Source: Actinomycetota bacterium
Lineage (GTDB): Bacteria > Actinomycetota > Acidimicrobiia > Acidimicrobiales > Ilumatobacteraceae
Assembly: GCA_029978335.1 (NCBI GenBank)
Contig: JAPOJQ010000006.1
Location: 864-64,863, forward strand
Reading direction: 5' to 3'
DNA length: 64,000 nucleotides
Below, in pieces: positions 1 through 9,275 of the stretch. A model generated the notes under the pieces. That model saw nothing but the letters and a program-made list of their open reading frames with translations. It ran no database searches and was not told the DNA's origin. Every line of letters begins with the position of its first letter. Positions within the stretch are counted from its first letter, which is position 1. The position numbers and the translations under genes were made by a program.

Positions 1-1072
1 AGGTCAGCAAAATCGGATCGCTGCCGTCGACAGCATTCACACGATGAATGTGGCAGGAACCTCGATCCTCCGCACTGAACATCACGGTCTGTTCGTCGGT
101 CCACACCGGCCGGACCGTTCCGGATGTTGCCTCAACGGTGCGATCGAGCGAACCGTTGATCCAACGGCGTGCGCCAGATGCACGATCAAGCACACCAACC
201 TTGGCGTTCTGGGGATATGTCATTGGGTCATCGCGTCCGACAAACGCGATCAGTGAGCCGTCAGGGCTTACCGATGGTGACCCGAGATCCGCGGTGCCAT
301 CGGTAAGGCGGGTCATCGTGCCATCGAGTCCGAGTTGATAGAGGTCGGTGACGAGATCGATATCCCACCGAGCGTGATGGCGTGCAGCGCAGATCAGTCC
401 CGATGCGTCGGGGAGCCAGGCGAAATCGGTGTGGTCGTGGTCGTCGTAATCGGACTCAGGGCCGTGCGGTGTGAGGTCTCGCACCGGTCCGGTGCCATCG
501 CTTGCGATCACGAAGAGGTGGAAGGGTCGGTCGTAGATCCAGCCCTCGCCGTTGAGGCGGGTGTAGAAGTGGTCGATTTTGCGAGCGGCTCTCGACCGAT
601 CATCGTCTGCCGCGTACCGCGGATCGGGAACTCTGGCGGCAAAGGCGATCATCGTGCCGTCAGGTGACCACGCCGGCGCTGCGATGGCATCGGTCCTGGT
701 GATCAGGCGACGTACTTCGCCGGGAGCATCCACGCCGATGACGTGCAGGGTTGCGCCCGGACGAGGGTCACTCGAGTCAGCACGGCGACGTGACACGAAG
801 GCGAGGTGCCGCCCGTCGGGTGACCATGCAGCTTGCCCCTCGCCGGGGTCGCCCGATGTCAGGGGATACGGGGCCGTCGAACCATCGGTGGCGGCGAGCC
901 AGATGCGACGCCGATAGTCGTTGGACTCAAGATCAAGCGTGCTGACGGTGAACGCCACCTTGGATCCGTCTGGTGAGAGCGTCACGCCGCCAATGTCGTT
1001 CTGGCCCTCGAGCAGGCGCTCGACAAGTGAACGGCGAGGGGAATCTTGAGGTGGACTTGACGCACCGGACAT
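1..1072 (-). CDS. S9-family serine peptidase (acylaminoacyl-peptidase / prolyl-oligopeptidase type), N-terminal beta-propeller region; partial, catalytic domain lies beyond window start
   Basis: Absent from the ORF track because there is no stop inside the window. My translation of the minus strand from ATG (complement of 1072-1070) stays open to position 1: MSGASSPPQDSPRRSLVERLLEGQNDIGGVTLSPDGSKVAFTVSTLDLESNDYRRRIWLAATDGS..AWSPDGRHLAFVS..APAWSPDGTMIAFAA. The recurring SPDG-x-x-(I/L/V)AF blades are typical of TolB-like propellers of S9 peptidases. The gene begins 10 nt after the stop of the TRIC-like gene. Confidence 0.65.
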   Translation of the reverse strand, partial: MSGASSPPQDSPRRSLVERLLEGQNDIGGVTLSPDGSKVAFTVSTLDLESNDYRRRIWLAATDGSTAPYPLTSGDPGEGQAAWSPDGRHLAFVSRRRADSSDPRPGATLHVIGVDAPGEVRRLITRTDAIAAPAWSPDGTMIAFAARVPDPRYAADDDRSRAARKIDHFYTRLNGEGWIYDRPFHLFVIASDGTGPVRDLTPHGPESDYDDHDHTDFAWLPDASGLICAARHHARWDIDLVTDLYQLGLDGTMTRLTDGTADLGSPSVSPDGSLIAFVGRDDPMTYPQNAKVGVLDRASGARRWINGSLDRTVEATSGTVRPVWTDEQTVMFSAEDRGSCHIHRVNAVDGSDPILLT

Positions 1073-1082
1073 GCGCCGGACG

Positions 1083-1718
1083 TTACTTGCCTTGCGCTCC
1101 CGGTGACGGTGCCCGCCAGCCGAAACGAAGCGCCGCCACACGGATCGCGAAGACGAGGACTGCGCCAGTTGTTGCGCCGATTTCCTCTGGCAAGTTTGTT
1201 GCCGACCAGATCACCATGATCGAGGCACCAATGGCGGCAGGAATGGCGTAGAGGCGCGAGTCGGGACGAAAGATCTGTGGTGGTTCACCACCGAGCACAT
1301 CTCGGATGACGCCGCCACCGGTAGCCGTCAGCACACCGAGCAATGCGGCGGGGATCGTGCCCAGACCCGCATCGACTGCAATCTGGGCTCCGGTTACGGA
1401 GAACAAACCGAGTCCGGCGGCATCAAAGACGAGAAATGTTCGACGCCAGCGATGCAACGTGGTTCTCAACGCCACGGTTGCGAGCGATGCCGAGGTTGCC
1501 GTGATGACCGGAACGGGTGAACTGAAGGCGTCGGGAAGTCCTTGGTTGATGATGAGGTCGCGCAGTACACCGCCACCGAGGGCGGTCACACTGCCGAGGG
1601 CCAACAGCCCAACCAGATCAAAGCCACGCTGCATCGCAAGGAGGGCGCCCGATGCAGCGAACACCGACACGCCGATCAGATCGAGGACCAGCAAGAGGTC
1701 AATCGCGTCGGTCGTCAC
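1083..1718 (-). CDS. TRIC / UPF0126 family cation-channel membrane protein
   Basis: ORF 1083-1814. It has two UPF0126 repeats with GGG-x-x-RD motifs (GGGVLRDL, GGGVIRDV) and is multi-TM. I set the start to GTG 1718 (VTTDAIDLLLVLDLIGV), which forms a GTGA overlap with the stop of the upstream M14 gene. The longest start at 1814 would overlap that gene by 100 nt. Confidence 0.8.
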   Translation of the reverse strand: MTTDAIDLLLVLDLIGVSVFAASGALLAMQRGFDLVGLLALGSVTALGGGVLRDLIINQGLPDAFSSPVPVITATSASLATVALRTTLHRWRRTFLVFDAAGLGLFSVTGAQIAVDAGLGTIPAALLGVLTATGGGVIRDVLGGEPPQIFRPDSRLYAIPAAIGASIMVIWSATNLPEEIGATTGAVLVFAIRVAALRFGWRAPSPGAQGK

Positions 1719-3415
1719 GGCCCAGTGAGTTGCAGCGTTGTTGTGGCGGTGCCGGCGCGCTCGTGGGTGGCGGTCAAGGTCACGGGTGTCAGCGGGTCTG
1801 CCCGCACGGTCCACCGGCTCAGCACACGGTCGGGAGTCCCGTCGTTTCTGAGCGCCCCAACCGTGCTCCGTCGACCTTCGAGTTGGTCGTGGCGTCGTCG
1901 AGATGGTCCATCAATGATGGTGATGCCATCGCCAGCGATATCGGTGATCACTGGCTGGACGAGTCGATGACGACGCGCATGGGCGGAAATGTCGGTCGGC
2001 AGCCAGCCGGTGTTGGCCACGCCAAGCGTCACCTCCCAGAGTTGACCCTCCTCGTCGAGTTGCTGCGCCGATGCCTGCACGATCGCGAGACACGGTGAGG
2101 TCAGCGCGTGGTGCACCGCGAATCGGGCGTGTCCTTCGACTTCGGCTGCAAGCAGGGCGTGTGGCGGGTTGTGCCAGACCGCGAACATGTCGGGCCCTCC
2201 GATCTCGATGGCGCCGAGCACCGGATGCTCAAAGGATCGCCAGGGTGCGTAGCCCTCAGGGATATGCGTATCGCACCAACGCGCGACCGCGAGTTCTTGG
2301 TCTGGTGTGGGGCCGTCCCACCAAATTGTCGTGGGCGCTCGTTCACCGGTTGCGTGATGGATCACATCCCAGAATTCCGTCGTCCATGAAAAGACGCCAA
2401 GGTGGTCGTAGGCCCAGTCGTCGGCAGCTCCGCTCATGAGGTCGGTTCGGTCTGGGGTGAAGTCTTCATACACCGAGTGGGTCGGGTAACCAGTGAGTTC
2501 AGCGCCGCGTCGCCCGAGGTCTCGCCAGATGGCGACATCGCTTGCCGGGAGGTCGCTGTCAGGGCGTGTGCTGCTTGGTCGAAGCAACACGCCGCCGAAG
2601 GTGTGGAAGGCGTTGTAGCCACACACGTTCGGGCGAGCACGGACCGCTCGGACGAGCGCATCAATTTCGGGTTCGGACAGTGGGTGGTCGCCGCTGCCGG
2701 TGACCGAGGTCGACCATCCGGCGGGGAAATTTCGATTCAGGTCAAGCCCTGACGGATCGCGCGGTGTCGGAATGGTGAAGCCGTCAAAGTCGACAATGTC
2801 GCCTTCGGTCAGCAGTCGATAGCGAGCGGTGCCCGGCGAGCACACCCCGTCGGCCGGGACCGGGATCATGACCCTCGCGTCGTCGGGATGTTCGATCCAC
2901 GCCCCATGCGTGTCGGCAATGCGCATCGTGCGTATGCGCCCGTCACCGTCGATGTCAGCCGGGTGAAGACCAGGCCATCGGTGCCCGTCGGCCCACGGCC
3001 ACGGACGTGTGCTCGAACGATGATGGCGAGGTGATGGCGAAAGCGCAGCCTCAACGCCGTCAGGGTTGACCCGTGGTGCGACATACACGGTTCTCGTCGA
3101 GAGCAGTTCGGTAACAGCGGGATCGCTGCCGTACTCGGTGATCAGGTGATAGATGAGGTGTAGCGCGGCTACTCCGCCGGTCACTTCAACCGAGTGGATA
3201 TTCGCGTCGATCCAGTGCGCCGGCTTGTTGGCTGCTGGTCCAGTTGCGGTGTCGGTGATCGTCACGACGATGAGGTCGCGACCTTCGTGGGAGGTGCCAT
3301 ACGACGCAACGCTGACGAGGTCGGGGCGGGGGGCTCGTGCGTTGCCGAGCCAGGAAACCATCTCGTCGAATCGAAGGAATCGGTCCGTCGGGTCGTGCAG
3401 CGAAGCGCTTGGCAT
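1715..3415 (-). CDS. M14-family zinc carboxypeptidase with C-terminal extension
   Basis: ORF 1715-3454. Motifs: HWIDANIHSVEVTG (HxxE zinc site), PRVNPDG, NAFHTFGG and WTTEFW. The start is ambiguous between ATG 3454 and ATG 3415 (MPSASLHDPTDRFLRFDEMVSWL). I chose 3415 to avoid head-on overlap with the divergent gene. Confidence 0.8.
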   Translation of the reverse strand: MPSASLHDPTDRFLRFDEMVSWLGNARAPRPDLVSVASYGTSHEGRDLIVVTITDTATGPAANKPAHWIDANIHSVEVTGGVAALHLIYHLITEYGSDPAVTELLSTRTVYVAPRVNPDGVEAALSPSPRHHRSSTRPWPWADGHRWPGLHPADIDGDGRIRTMRIADTHGAWIEHPDDARVMIPVPADGVCSPGTARYRLLTEGDIVDFDGFTIPTPRDPSGLDLNRNFPAGWSTSVTGSGDHPLSEPEIDALVRAVRARPNVCGYNAFHTFGGVLLRPSSTRPDSDLPASDVAIWRDLGRRGAELTGYPTHSVYEDFTPDRTDLMSGAADDWAYDHLGVFSWTTEFWDVIHHATGERAPTTIWWDGPTPDQELAVARWCDTHIPEGYAPWRSFEHPVLGAIEIGGPDMFAVWHNPPHALLAAEVEGHARFAVHHALTSPCLAIVQASAQQLDEEGQLWEVTLGVANTGWLPTDISAHARRHRLVQPVITDIAGDGITIIDGPSRRRHDQLEGRRSTVGALRNDGTPDRVLSRWTVRADPLTPVTLTATHERAGTATTTLQLTGP

Positions 3416-3452
3416 GGACGCCGACGCTAGTCCGGTGGAGCAGACTGGGCGC

Positions 3453-5708
3453 ATGGCGAGTTCACGGGCCGCAGCGACAGTCGGTCGAGGCCGCGTCGAA
3501 TTGTTGGTCGCGCTCGTCGGTGTCTGGGCAACTCGCTCATATTGGATGCCGGGTGGTGTGGTGACGAGTTACGACGGCGCCACGTATTCGATGCCCAATA
3601 CCGAAGTGACCCGCAGTGCGCTGAGTGCTGGTCGGGTGCCGCTGATCAACGACTTGATCTTTGGCGGAGCGCCGCATCTTGGCAACCACGCCATCGGCGT
3701 GTTCTACCCGCCACGACTGATCGCGCTGTTCGTCGACACCGCCACCGCGCACGGACTCATCGTTGCGGCGCACGTCATCTGGCTCGGTGTGGGCATGGTG
3801 GTGCTCGCCCGACGTGTTGGCCTCAGCCCACTTGCGACCGCGGTCGCAGGGATTGTCGCCATGTTGGTTGGCTCCACGCTGACCAAGACCATCCAGTTTG
3901 AACAGATTCAGCCGTTGGCGTGGCTTCCCTGGCTGCTCGTGGCCATTGATGCTGTCGGGCGCCGAGGCCAGTCGCGCCGGCGGGTTGGAGTGCTCGCAGT
4001 GGTGACGGCGATGACACTGTTGAGTGGTCACCCCCAGTTGATTGTCGAGGTTGCGGTCGTCGCCGGCATCGTTGCCGCATCGCTGCTCGTCGCTCGTCGG
4101 ATGTCGATCGTGCGACTCGTCGCTGGAGCACTCATTGGTGGGTTGGTTACCGCAGTGCAACTCGCAGCAACCGTCGCCGCTACCGCTTTTGGGTCACTGG
4201 ATCAGGGTCGAAGCTTTACCGAGCTCGCCAATGGTGCGTTCATCCTTCAGGGTCGTGCTGCAGCGCGAGCGGTCTTTGGAACGGTGCTTGATCGGAACCC
4301 AGCAGGTTTCTCGGGGTCGTTTGAGGCAATCTTGTGGCTCGGGATCATTGGGACATGCCTTGCCGTGATCGGCGCCATTGCCGGTTGCTCATCGGTTGAA
4401 CAACGCCGGTGGTGCATCCCTTTCACCGTGGTGGCGTGCCTTGGCATGGTGTGGTCGCTTGGACCGCGTACGCCACTGTTTCGTATCGCCTACGAGGTGA
4501 TCCCGGGTTTTGATCTCGGCAGGGTGTCGGCTCGGTGGCTATCAATTGTGGGCATTGTCGCTTCGTTGCTCGTGGCACGTGGCGTTGATGCGGTGAGCGA
4601 GCGGTGGCGGCCACGTCGAGTTGGCGTCTTGGGACTATTCGGTGTTGCTGGTGTCGCGGTGCTGGCATTCGGACCGTTTGTTGATGAGTTGAGCGTCGCT
4701 GTGGTGTGGTTGGTCACCTTCGTCGCATTGGTCACCGCTCTGAGTGCGGCACCTCGACATGCGCGACGCCGTGTTGTGGTGCTGCTCTTGGTGGGGGAGT
4801 TGGCGTTGTTGTCGTTTCGGTCATTGCCCGGTGACTTGGTGCTCAGTGAAGCCGTTGGTTCATCGGTCTCGCCGGCGATTGCTGAATTGCAGCAACGGGC
4901 GGCCAGTGGCGGCCTCGTCATGGCGTTGACCCCAGATGGTGGGCCACACGACCAACTGGTGACGATGTTGCGACCCAACTCCAACGTGTGGTTCGGGCTC
5001 CGTTCGATCGATGGGTACGACGGCGGTGTGCAGGTGACACAGGCATGGGCGACAGCGTTACGTCGCTTCACGCCTGAACCGGCGCTCGATATGCCGATGC
5101 GAAGTGCGCTCAGTGCGCCGGTGTCGCCCTCGGCGCTGGCCCGACTCGGTGTTCGCTGGATGGTTGTGGCCCGAGACCGTGATCCGGGTGAGTGGGTGCC
5201 TGATTGGGACGGTCCAATCGCGGCCGACGACCTGATGACAGTGTGGGAGAACCCGGCCTGGATCGGTGAGGCAGTCGCCTGGTTTGACTCGACAGCGCCG
5301 TCAGGTGCGGCGGCTGACGAGCTCAGGGTGATGGCGGCGTCGTTGGGTAACTCGCTGCTCGTTGACGCCAAGCCAGTTGGATGTTCGAGCGATTGTCAAC
5401 CGGTGGGGCTCAACCTCGTGCGGCACTCGCCAGAGCGACTTGAGATCAGCGTCGATATCGACGCCCCAGCAGTCGTGACGGTGCCGATGCAGGCGCTTCC
5501 AGGCTGGCGAGTCGGCATCGACGGGATCGATGGCGATGTGGTTGAGGTCGATGGGCTGTTCCTCGGCGTCGTGGTAGAGCCGGGCACACATGTCGTCGAG
5601 TTTCGCTATCAGCCGTGGTGGTGGTGGCCGTCGGTTGCCGCTTCGATCACGGGTGCCGTTGCGATCGGTGTGTTGTTCCTTGGCCGACGCCGGCGCACTA
5701 CATGGTGA
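3453..5708 (+). CDS. YfhO-like large polytopic membrane protein (putative envelope glycosylation protein)
   Basis: ORF 3153-5708. It has many TM helices. The C-terminal module ..ALPGWRVGIDGIDGDVVEVDGLFLGVVVEPGTHVVEFRYQPWWW plus a final TM resembles the YfhO-family C-terminus. The first 100 codons of the track ORF are antisense to the M14 gene. I set the start to ATG 3453 (MASSRAAATVGRGRVELLVALVG), with 3414 as an alternative. Confidence 0.6.
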   Translation: MASSRAAATVGRGRVELLVALVGVWATRSYWMPGGVVTSYDGATYSMPNTEVTRSALSAGRVPLINDLIFGGAPHLGNHAIGVFYPPRLIALFVDTATAHGLIVAAHVIWLGVGMVVLARRVGLSPLATAVAGIVAMLVGSTLTKTIQFEQIQPLAWLPWLLVAIDAVGRRGQSRRRVGVLAVVTAMTLLSGHPQLIVEVAVVAGIVAASLLVARRMSIVRLVAGALIGGLVTAVQLAATVAATAFGSLDQGRSFTELANGAFILQGRAAARAVFGTVLDRNPAGFSGSFEAILWLGIIGTCLAVIGAIAGCSSVEQRRWCIPFTVVACLGMVWSLGPRTPLFRIAYEVIPGFDLGRVSARWLSIVGIVASLLVARGVDAVSERWRPRRVGVLGLFGVAGVAVLAFGPFVDELSVAVVWLVTFVALVTALSAAPRHARRRVVVLLLVGELALLSFRSLPGDLVLSEAVGSSVSPAIAELQQRAASGGLVMALTPDGGPHDQLVTMLRPNSNVWFGLRSIDGYDGGVQVTQAWATALRRFTPEPALDMPMRSALSAPVSPSALARLGVRWMVVARDRDPGEWVPDWDGPIAADDLMTVWENPAWIGEAVAWFDSTAPSGAAADELRVMAASLGNSLLVDAKPVGCSSDCQPVGLNLVRHSPERLEISVDIDAPAVVTVPMQALPGWRVGIDGIDGDVVEVDGLFLGVVVEPGTHVVEFRYQPWWWWPSVAASITGAVAIGVLFLGRRRRTTW

Positions 5709-6480
5709 AGCGCAAGTTGCGGGCGGCCCGTTCGCCAAGGTCGGTGTCACCGACCCATGTGATCGCACCTGCATCAATTGGTGCTTGAGGGTCGATGCGT
5801 CCGCAGGCGAGCAAGGCAAAGGTTGTCGAGTCAGTGGTCAGGGTCACGTCGACTGGCAATGCGTCGTCGCGCAGCGCCGCTCGGCCTTCAACCCGCACGG
5901 TGAAGGAAGCAACTACCGGACCGCTGAGATCAAAGCGGATGCTGGCCCCGTCGCTCGCCCCGATTCGTTTGCCCACGATGTAGGGCAGTGACATACGGAT
6001 CTCGTCGATGGACCGCTCGGCACTCGGACCGGCTTCGTGACCAGGGCGACGCAATGGCCGACGGATGTCGTGCTCATGCACCCAGTGATCAAACACTCGG
6101 ATATCCATGAAGCGTCCGTAGGTGCCAGGACCGACCGGTGTCATCACGGCGGTATCGAATCCGGCGTCATCGAGCGCTGCCAGTTCGCTGCGCCGTTGAG
6201 CGGTCACATCCCGGAATCGGTCGAGGAGCTGAGCGGGGGAGAGCGTCGACATCGCTTCGGTCGCGGCACCGACGACCTCGAACGGCAAGCGCTCAGCAAA
6301 TTCGGATGGGTCTGCCCCGAGCAGCATCTCTTCGACCGCGATGAGGTGTATCACCACACCGGCAACCGTCCAATCGGGGCACAGGCTCTGTGTTGCCCAC
6401 TCGTCGGGTGACAGGTCGGCCAGCAGCGAGTCGAGTGATGCCCAACACTGATCGAGGTTGGCAACGCTGGAATGGGTCAT
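5698..6480 (-). CDS. maleylpyruvate isomerase-family mycothiol-dependent enzyme (DinB/MDMPI N-domain, TIGR03083-like)
   Basis: The N-terminus ..[38 protein letters not shown].. and a C-terminal MDMPI_C-like region (..[32 protein letters not shown]) support the call. It shares an ATGA overlap with the downstream DsbA-like gene. Confidence 0.75.
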   Translation of the reverse strand: MTHSSVANLDQCWASLDSLLADLSPDEWATQSLCPDWTVAGVVIHLIAVEEMLLGADPSEFAERLPFEVVGAATEAMSTLSPAQLLDRFRDVTAQRRSELAALDDAGFDTAVMTPVGPGTYGRFMDIRVFDHWVHEHDIRRPLRRPGHEAGPSAERSIDEIRMSLPYIVGKRIGASDGASIRFDLSGPVVASFTVRVEGRAALRDDALPVDVTLTTDSTTFALLACGRIDPQAPIDAGAITWVGDTDLGERAARNLRFTM

Positions 6481-7199
6481 GACGGCTCCTGTGAACGTGT
6501 TGACGGAAATGAGATCACGCGACCGCGGTCGATCGACACCCAGTCACGAGCCTCGAGGTAGGGCCGGAACACTTCTGCGATCCGCTGCCCATCGCGTTCG
6601 GTTTTCGGGTGCTGGAGCTCATAGAGCTCGGGAAACCGTGCCCAGACGGTGACGGCATTCCACAGGTCGACTGCGTCGGCACCGCTCGGTGGGTTGAGCA
6701 ACACCGGACCAAAGAGGCAGTGATCGTTGATGAACAGGGTGGGCACGCCGTAGCCGCCCGCAGCGATCACTGCCTCATGATCGGCCTTGACGTCGTCGTG
6801 CGTGGTGGGGTCGGCCAAGGCCTCATCGACGAGGGAGGGGTCGAGCCCGATCTCGGCGAGCAGGTAGCGAGCAACATCTGGTTCATGCGGCTTGTGGCCT
6901 TCGACGTGAAGTGCGCGGCCGGCACGCTCGTACCACGCGTCGAGGTCAGACATTGAGGAGCGTCGCAGCAATGCCCCAATGCGCATCATCGACCACCCAT
7001 AGGACCAGTCGCGTTCCCACGGGTGCTTTTTCACCTCGACCCGATTCACCTCTTCAAGACTGAAGAATCGCCAGTCGATCGCCACACCGATCTCGTCGCG
7101 TACGGCACGGATCCATCGTGATGTCTGGTAGGCCCATGGGCACATCACATCGAAATGGAACCTGACGCTCGGCGCCGCAGCAGTGGCTTCCATCGCCAC
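6477..7199 (-). CDS. DsbA-family thioredoxin-fold oxidoreductase, Rv2466c-like (mycothiol-dependent reductase family), monothiol CPWA variant
   Basis: [17 protein letters not shown] (active-site position) and [51 protein letters not shown] closely parallel my recollection of M. tuberculosis Rv2466c (FWFDPLCPWCW.. and ..[51 protein letters not shown]). Confidence 0.8.
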   Translation of the reverse strand: MAMEATAAAPSVRFHFDVMCPWAYQTSRWIRAVRDEIGVAIDWRFFSLEEVNRVEVKKHPWERDWSYGWSMMRIGALLRRSSMSDLDAWYERAGRALHVEGHKPHEPDVARYLLAEIGLDPSLVDEALADPTTHDDVKADHEAVIAAGGYGVPTLFINDHCLFGPVLLNPPSGADAVDLWNAVTVWARFPELYELQHPKTERDGQRIAEVFRPYLEARDWVSIDRGRVISFPSTRSQEPS

Positions 7200-7343
7200 A
7201 CCGTACGGCCTCGGAGTCGCTGCCGAGCGAGGCGGACGAAAGTTCGCCGATCAGTCGCTTGGAAGCCATTGGGTAGTCGATCTGCGTTCACCACCGGGCC
7301 CCACCCTTTCGGCGACTTGCACATCAAGAAAGGTAGGTCCCTG

Positions 7344-9197
7344 GTGGCCCAAACTGCACGTTCCATGACCGGAGCCCTTCTCGCCGTAGCCGGCGTGTCG
7401 TTGCTCGCCCAGAGTGCCGCATTCGCCGATGCGCCGACGCCCTCGGGCTCGGTCACGCTCGAGCCCCTCGGCACCTTCGATGGTGGCGGGCTCGCGCACG
7501 CTGAAATCGTTACATTCGATCCTTCGACCGATCGAATGATCATTTCAAACGATGCTGAGGTGGCTGTTGACATCGTGTCGATCGCTGATCCAACGGCACC
7601 GACACTGGTTGCCTCCGTCGACATGACCACTTATGGCGATGGCGTCAACGGCGTGAGTTCTTACGAGGGTCTGATTGCTGTTGCGGTTGAGAATTCGGCA
7701 ACGTTCGATGAGGTGACCGGCGCCCCGACGACGCACCCCGGAAACGTTGTGTTCCTCGATGGTGATGGCACTTATGTACAGACGGTGGAAGTAGGGGTTT
7801 TGCCCGATGCCGTTGCGTTCAGCCCCGATGGATCAGTCCTTGTCGTTTCTGGCGAGGCCGAGCCGGTCTGTGCCATGGATGTCGGCGGTGGGGAAAACGA
7901 AGACCCAGCGTTGGCCGTCGACCCAGCGGGCACCATCGGCGTTATCGACATCACCAACGGTGTGCCTGCCGCTACCGCAACCAACCTTGGCTTTGATGAC
8001 TTTGACACCGACGAGCTCAAAGCGGCTGGTGTTCGCATCTTCTTCCCTGGCTCGACGGCAGCGCAAGATCTTGAGCCCGAGTATGCAGTGATCAGCGATG
8101 ACTCATCGACAGCGTTTGTCACGCTGCAGGAAGCCAACGCTATTGCAGTGGTCGACCTCACCACCCCTGAGATCAGCGCCGTCGTCCCACTTGGCACCAA
8201 GGACTTTTCCGAGTTGTTGATGGATGCCAGTAACCGTGACGATGCAGTCGACCTTCAGAACTGGGACGTTCAGGGCATCTACATGCCGGATGCGATTGAC
8301 TACTTCACCGTCGGCGGTGCGAGTTACCTCGTTACCGCCAATGAAGGCGATTCGCGCGACTACGACTGCTACAGCGAAGAAGCACGAATGAAGGATCTGA
8401 TCGACCCTGATGAGGTTGGGTACGCATCGGCGCTATCGGCTGACCTCGCTGAGGCAGCGAGCGATAATGCGCTGCTCGGACGCTTGAACTCGACGACGGC
8501 GATGCCGACAACCGATCCGGTCGACACGCTCTACATGTGGGGCGCGCGCTCGTTCACGATTTGGAGCACCGCCGGCGAGGTCGTGTGGGACTCGGGATCG
8601 CAGTTTGAGGAGTACACGGCCGCGAACTACGCCGACTATTTCAACACGCAGGCCGACACGGAGTATGACCCGAATGGCGATGGCACCGTGACTGCGGTCG
8701 AGATGGTGGAATCCATGGCCGAAGAGGTCGACGAGCGTTCCGACGACAAGGGCTCAGAGCCTGAGTCGGTGGTGGTTGGCCGTATTGGCGATCGCTACTA
8801 CGCCTTCGTCGGGCTTGAGCGTCAGGGCGGGCACATGGTCTATGACGTGACGGACCCCACGGCGCCACAGTTCGAGGATTACGTCAACGTGTCGCTTGAC
8901 GAACTGGCAGCGAGTGGTGACTTCACTGGCCCCGGTACCAGCGACGTATCTCCTGAGGGCATCTGGTTCGTTAGTGCTGATGACAGCCCGAATGGCCAGC
9001 CATTGTTGCTCGTCTCGAATGAATTGTCGGGCACGACGACGGTGTTCGCTGTTACGGGTAGCGAGATTGATGCGGCGTTGGCCGCAGCGTCGGTCACGCT
9101 GCCGGCAACGGGCGGCACCTCGCCAATGGTGTTGGTCGGTCTTGCGCTGGTGGTTCTTGGCTTGGCGCTTCCGGCATCGACCCGTCGTCGGGCGTGA
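7344..9197 (+). CDS. secreted, sortase-anchored surface protein, choice-of-anchor-I / beta-propeller phosphatase-like
   Basis: ORF 7155-9197. The signal peptide VAQTARSMTGALLAVAGVSLLAQSAAFA starts at GTG 7344 with AAAGGTAGG upstream, or at ATG 7365. The core has ..MDASNRDDAVDLQNWDVQGIYMPDAIDYF..YLVTANEGDSRDY.., as in choice-of-anchor-I proteins. The C-terminus is LPATGG plus a hydrophobic stretch plus RRRA. Confidence 0.7.
   Translation: MAQTARSMTGALLAVAGVSLLAQSAAFADAPTPSGSVTLEPLGTFDGGGLAHAEIVTFDPSTDRMIISNDAEVAVDIVSIADPTAPTLVASVDMTTYGDGVNGVSSYEGLIAVAVENSATFDEVTGAPTTHPGNVVFLDGDGTYVQTVEVGVLPDAVAFSPDGSVLVVSGEAEPVCAMDVGGGENEDPALAVDPAGTIGVIDITNGVPAATATNLGFDDFDTDELKAAGVRIFFPGSTAAQDLEPEYAVISDDSSTAFVTLQEANAIAVVDLTTPEISAVVPLGTKDFSELLMDASNRDDAVDLQNWDVQGIYMPDAIDYFTVGGASYLVTANEGDSRDYDCYSEEARMKDLIDPDEVGYASALSADLAEAASDNALLGRLNSTTAMPTTDPVDTLYMWGARSFTIWSTAGEVVWDSGSQFEEYTAANYADYFNTQADTEYDPNGDGTVTAVEMVESMAEEVDERSDDKGSEPESVVVGRIGDRYYAFVGLERQGGHMVYDVTDPTAPQFEDYVNVSLDELAASGDFTGPGTSDVSPEGIWFVSADDSPNGQPLLLVSNELSGTTTVFAVTGSEIDAALAAASVTLPATGGTSPMVLVGLALVVLGLALPASTRRRA
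8667..8702 (+). other. canonical EF-hand Ca2+-binding loop inside the surface protein
   Basis: The 12 in-frame codons encode DPNGDGTVTAVE, which matches D-x-N-x-D-G-x-V-x-x-x-E. Confidence 0.5.
9099..9197 (+). other. LPXTG-type sortase sorting signal (LPATG + TM + basic tail)
   Basis: LPATGGTSPMVLVGLALVVLGLALPASTRRRA lies at the extreme C-terminus. Confidence 0.75.
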
Positions 9198-9204
9198 CGT
9201 CGTC

Positions 9205-9232
9205 GGGGTGAGGCCTCTCGAGGCCTCACCCC
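9205..9232 (+). terminator. putative intrinsic terminator hairpin (no U-tract)
   Basis: GGGGTGAGGCC-tctcga-GGCCTCACCCC forms a perfect 11-bp GC-rich stem starting 8 nt after the stop codon at 9195-9197. It is followed by ACACGCCC rather than a T-run. Confidence 0.5.
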
Positions 9233-9261
9233 ACACGCCCGGGTCCACCCGGCCCTGCGTG

Positions 9262-9267
9262 TACATT
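9262..9267 (+). promoter_or_regulatory. possible -10 hexamer for a leaderless aminotransferase transcript
   Basis: TACATT (TANNNT) ends 8 nt before ATG 9276, with no SD-like sequence in between. I saw no convincing -35 element. Confidence 0.3.
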
Positions 9268-9275
9268 TTGTCAAC

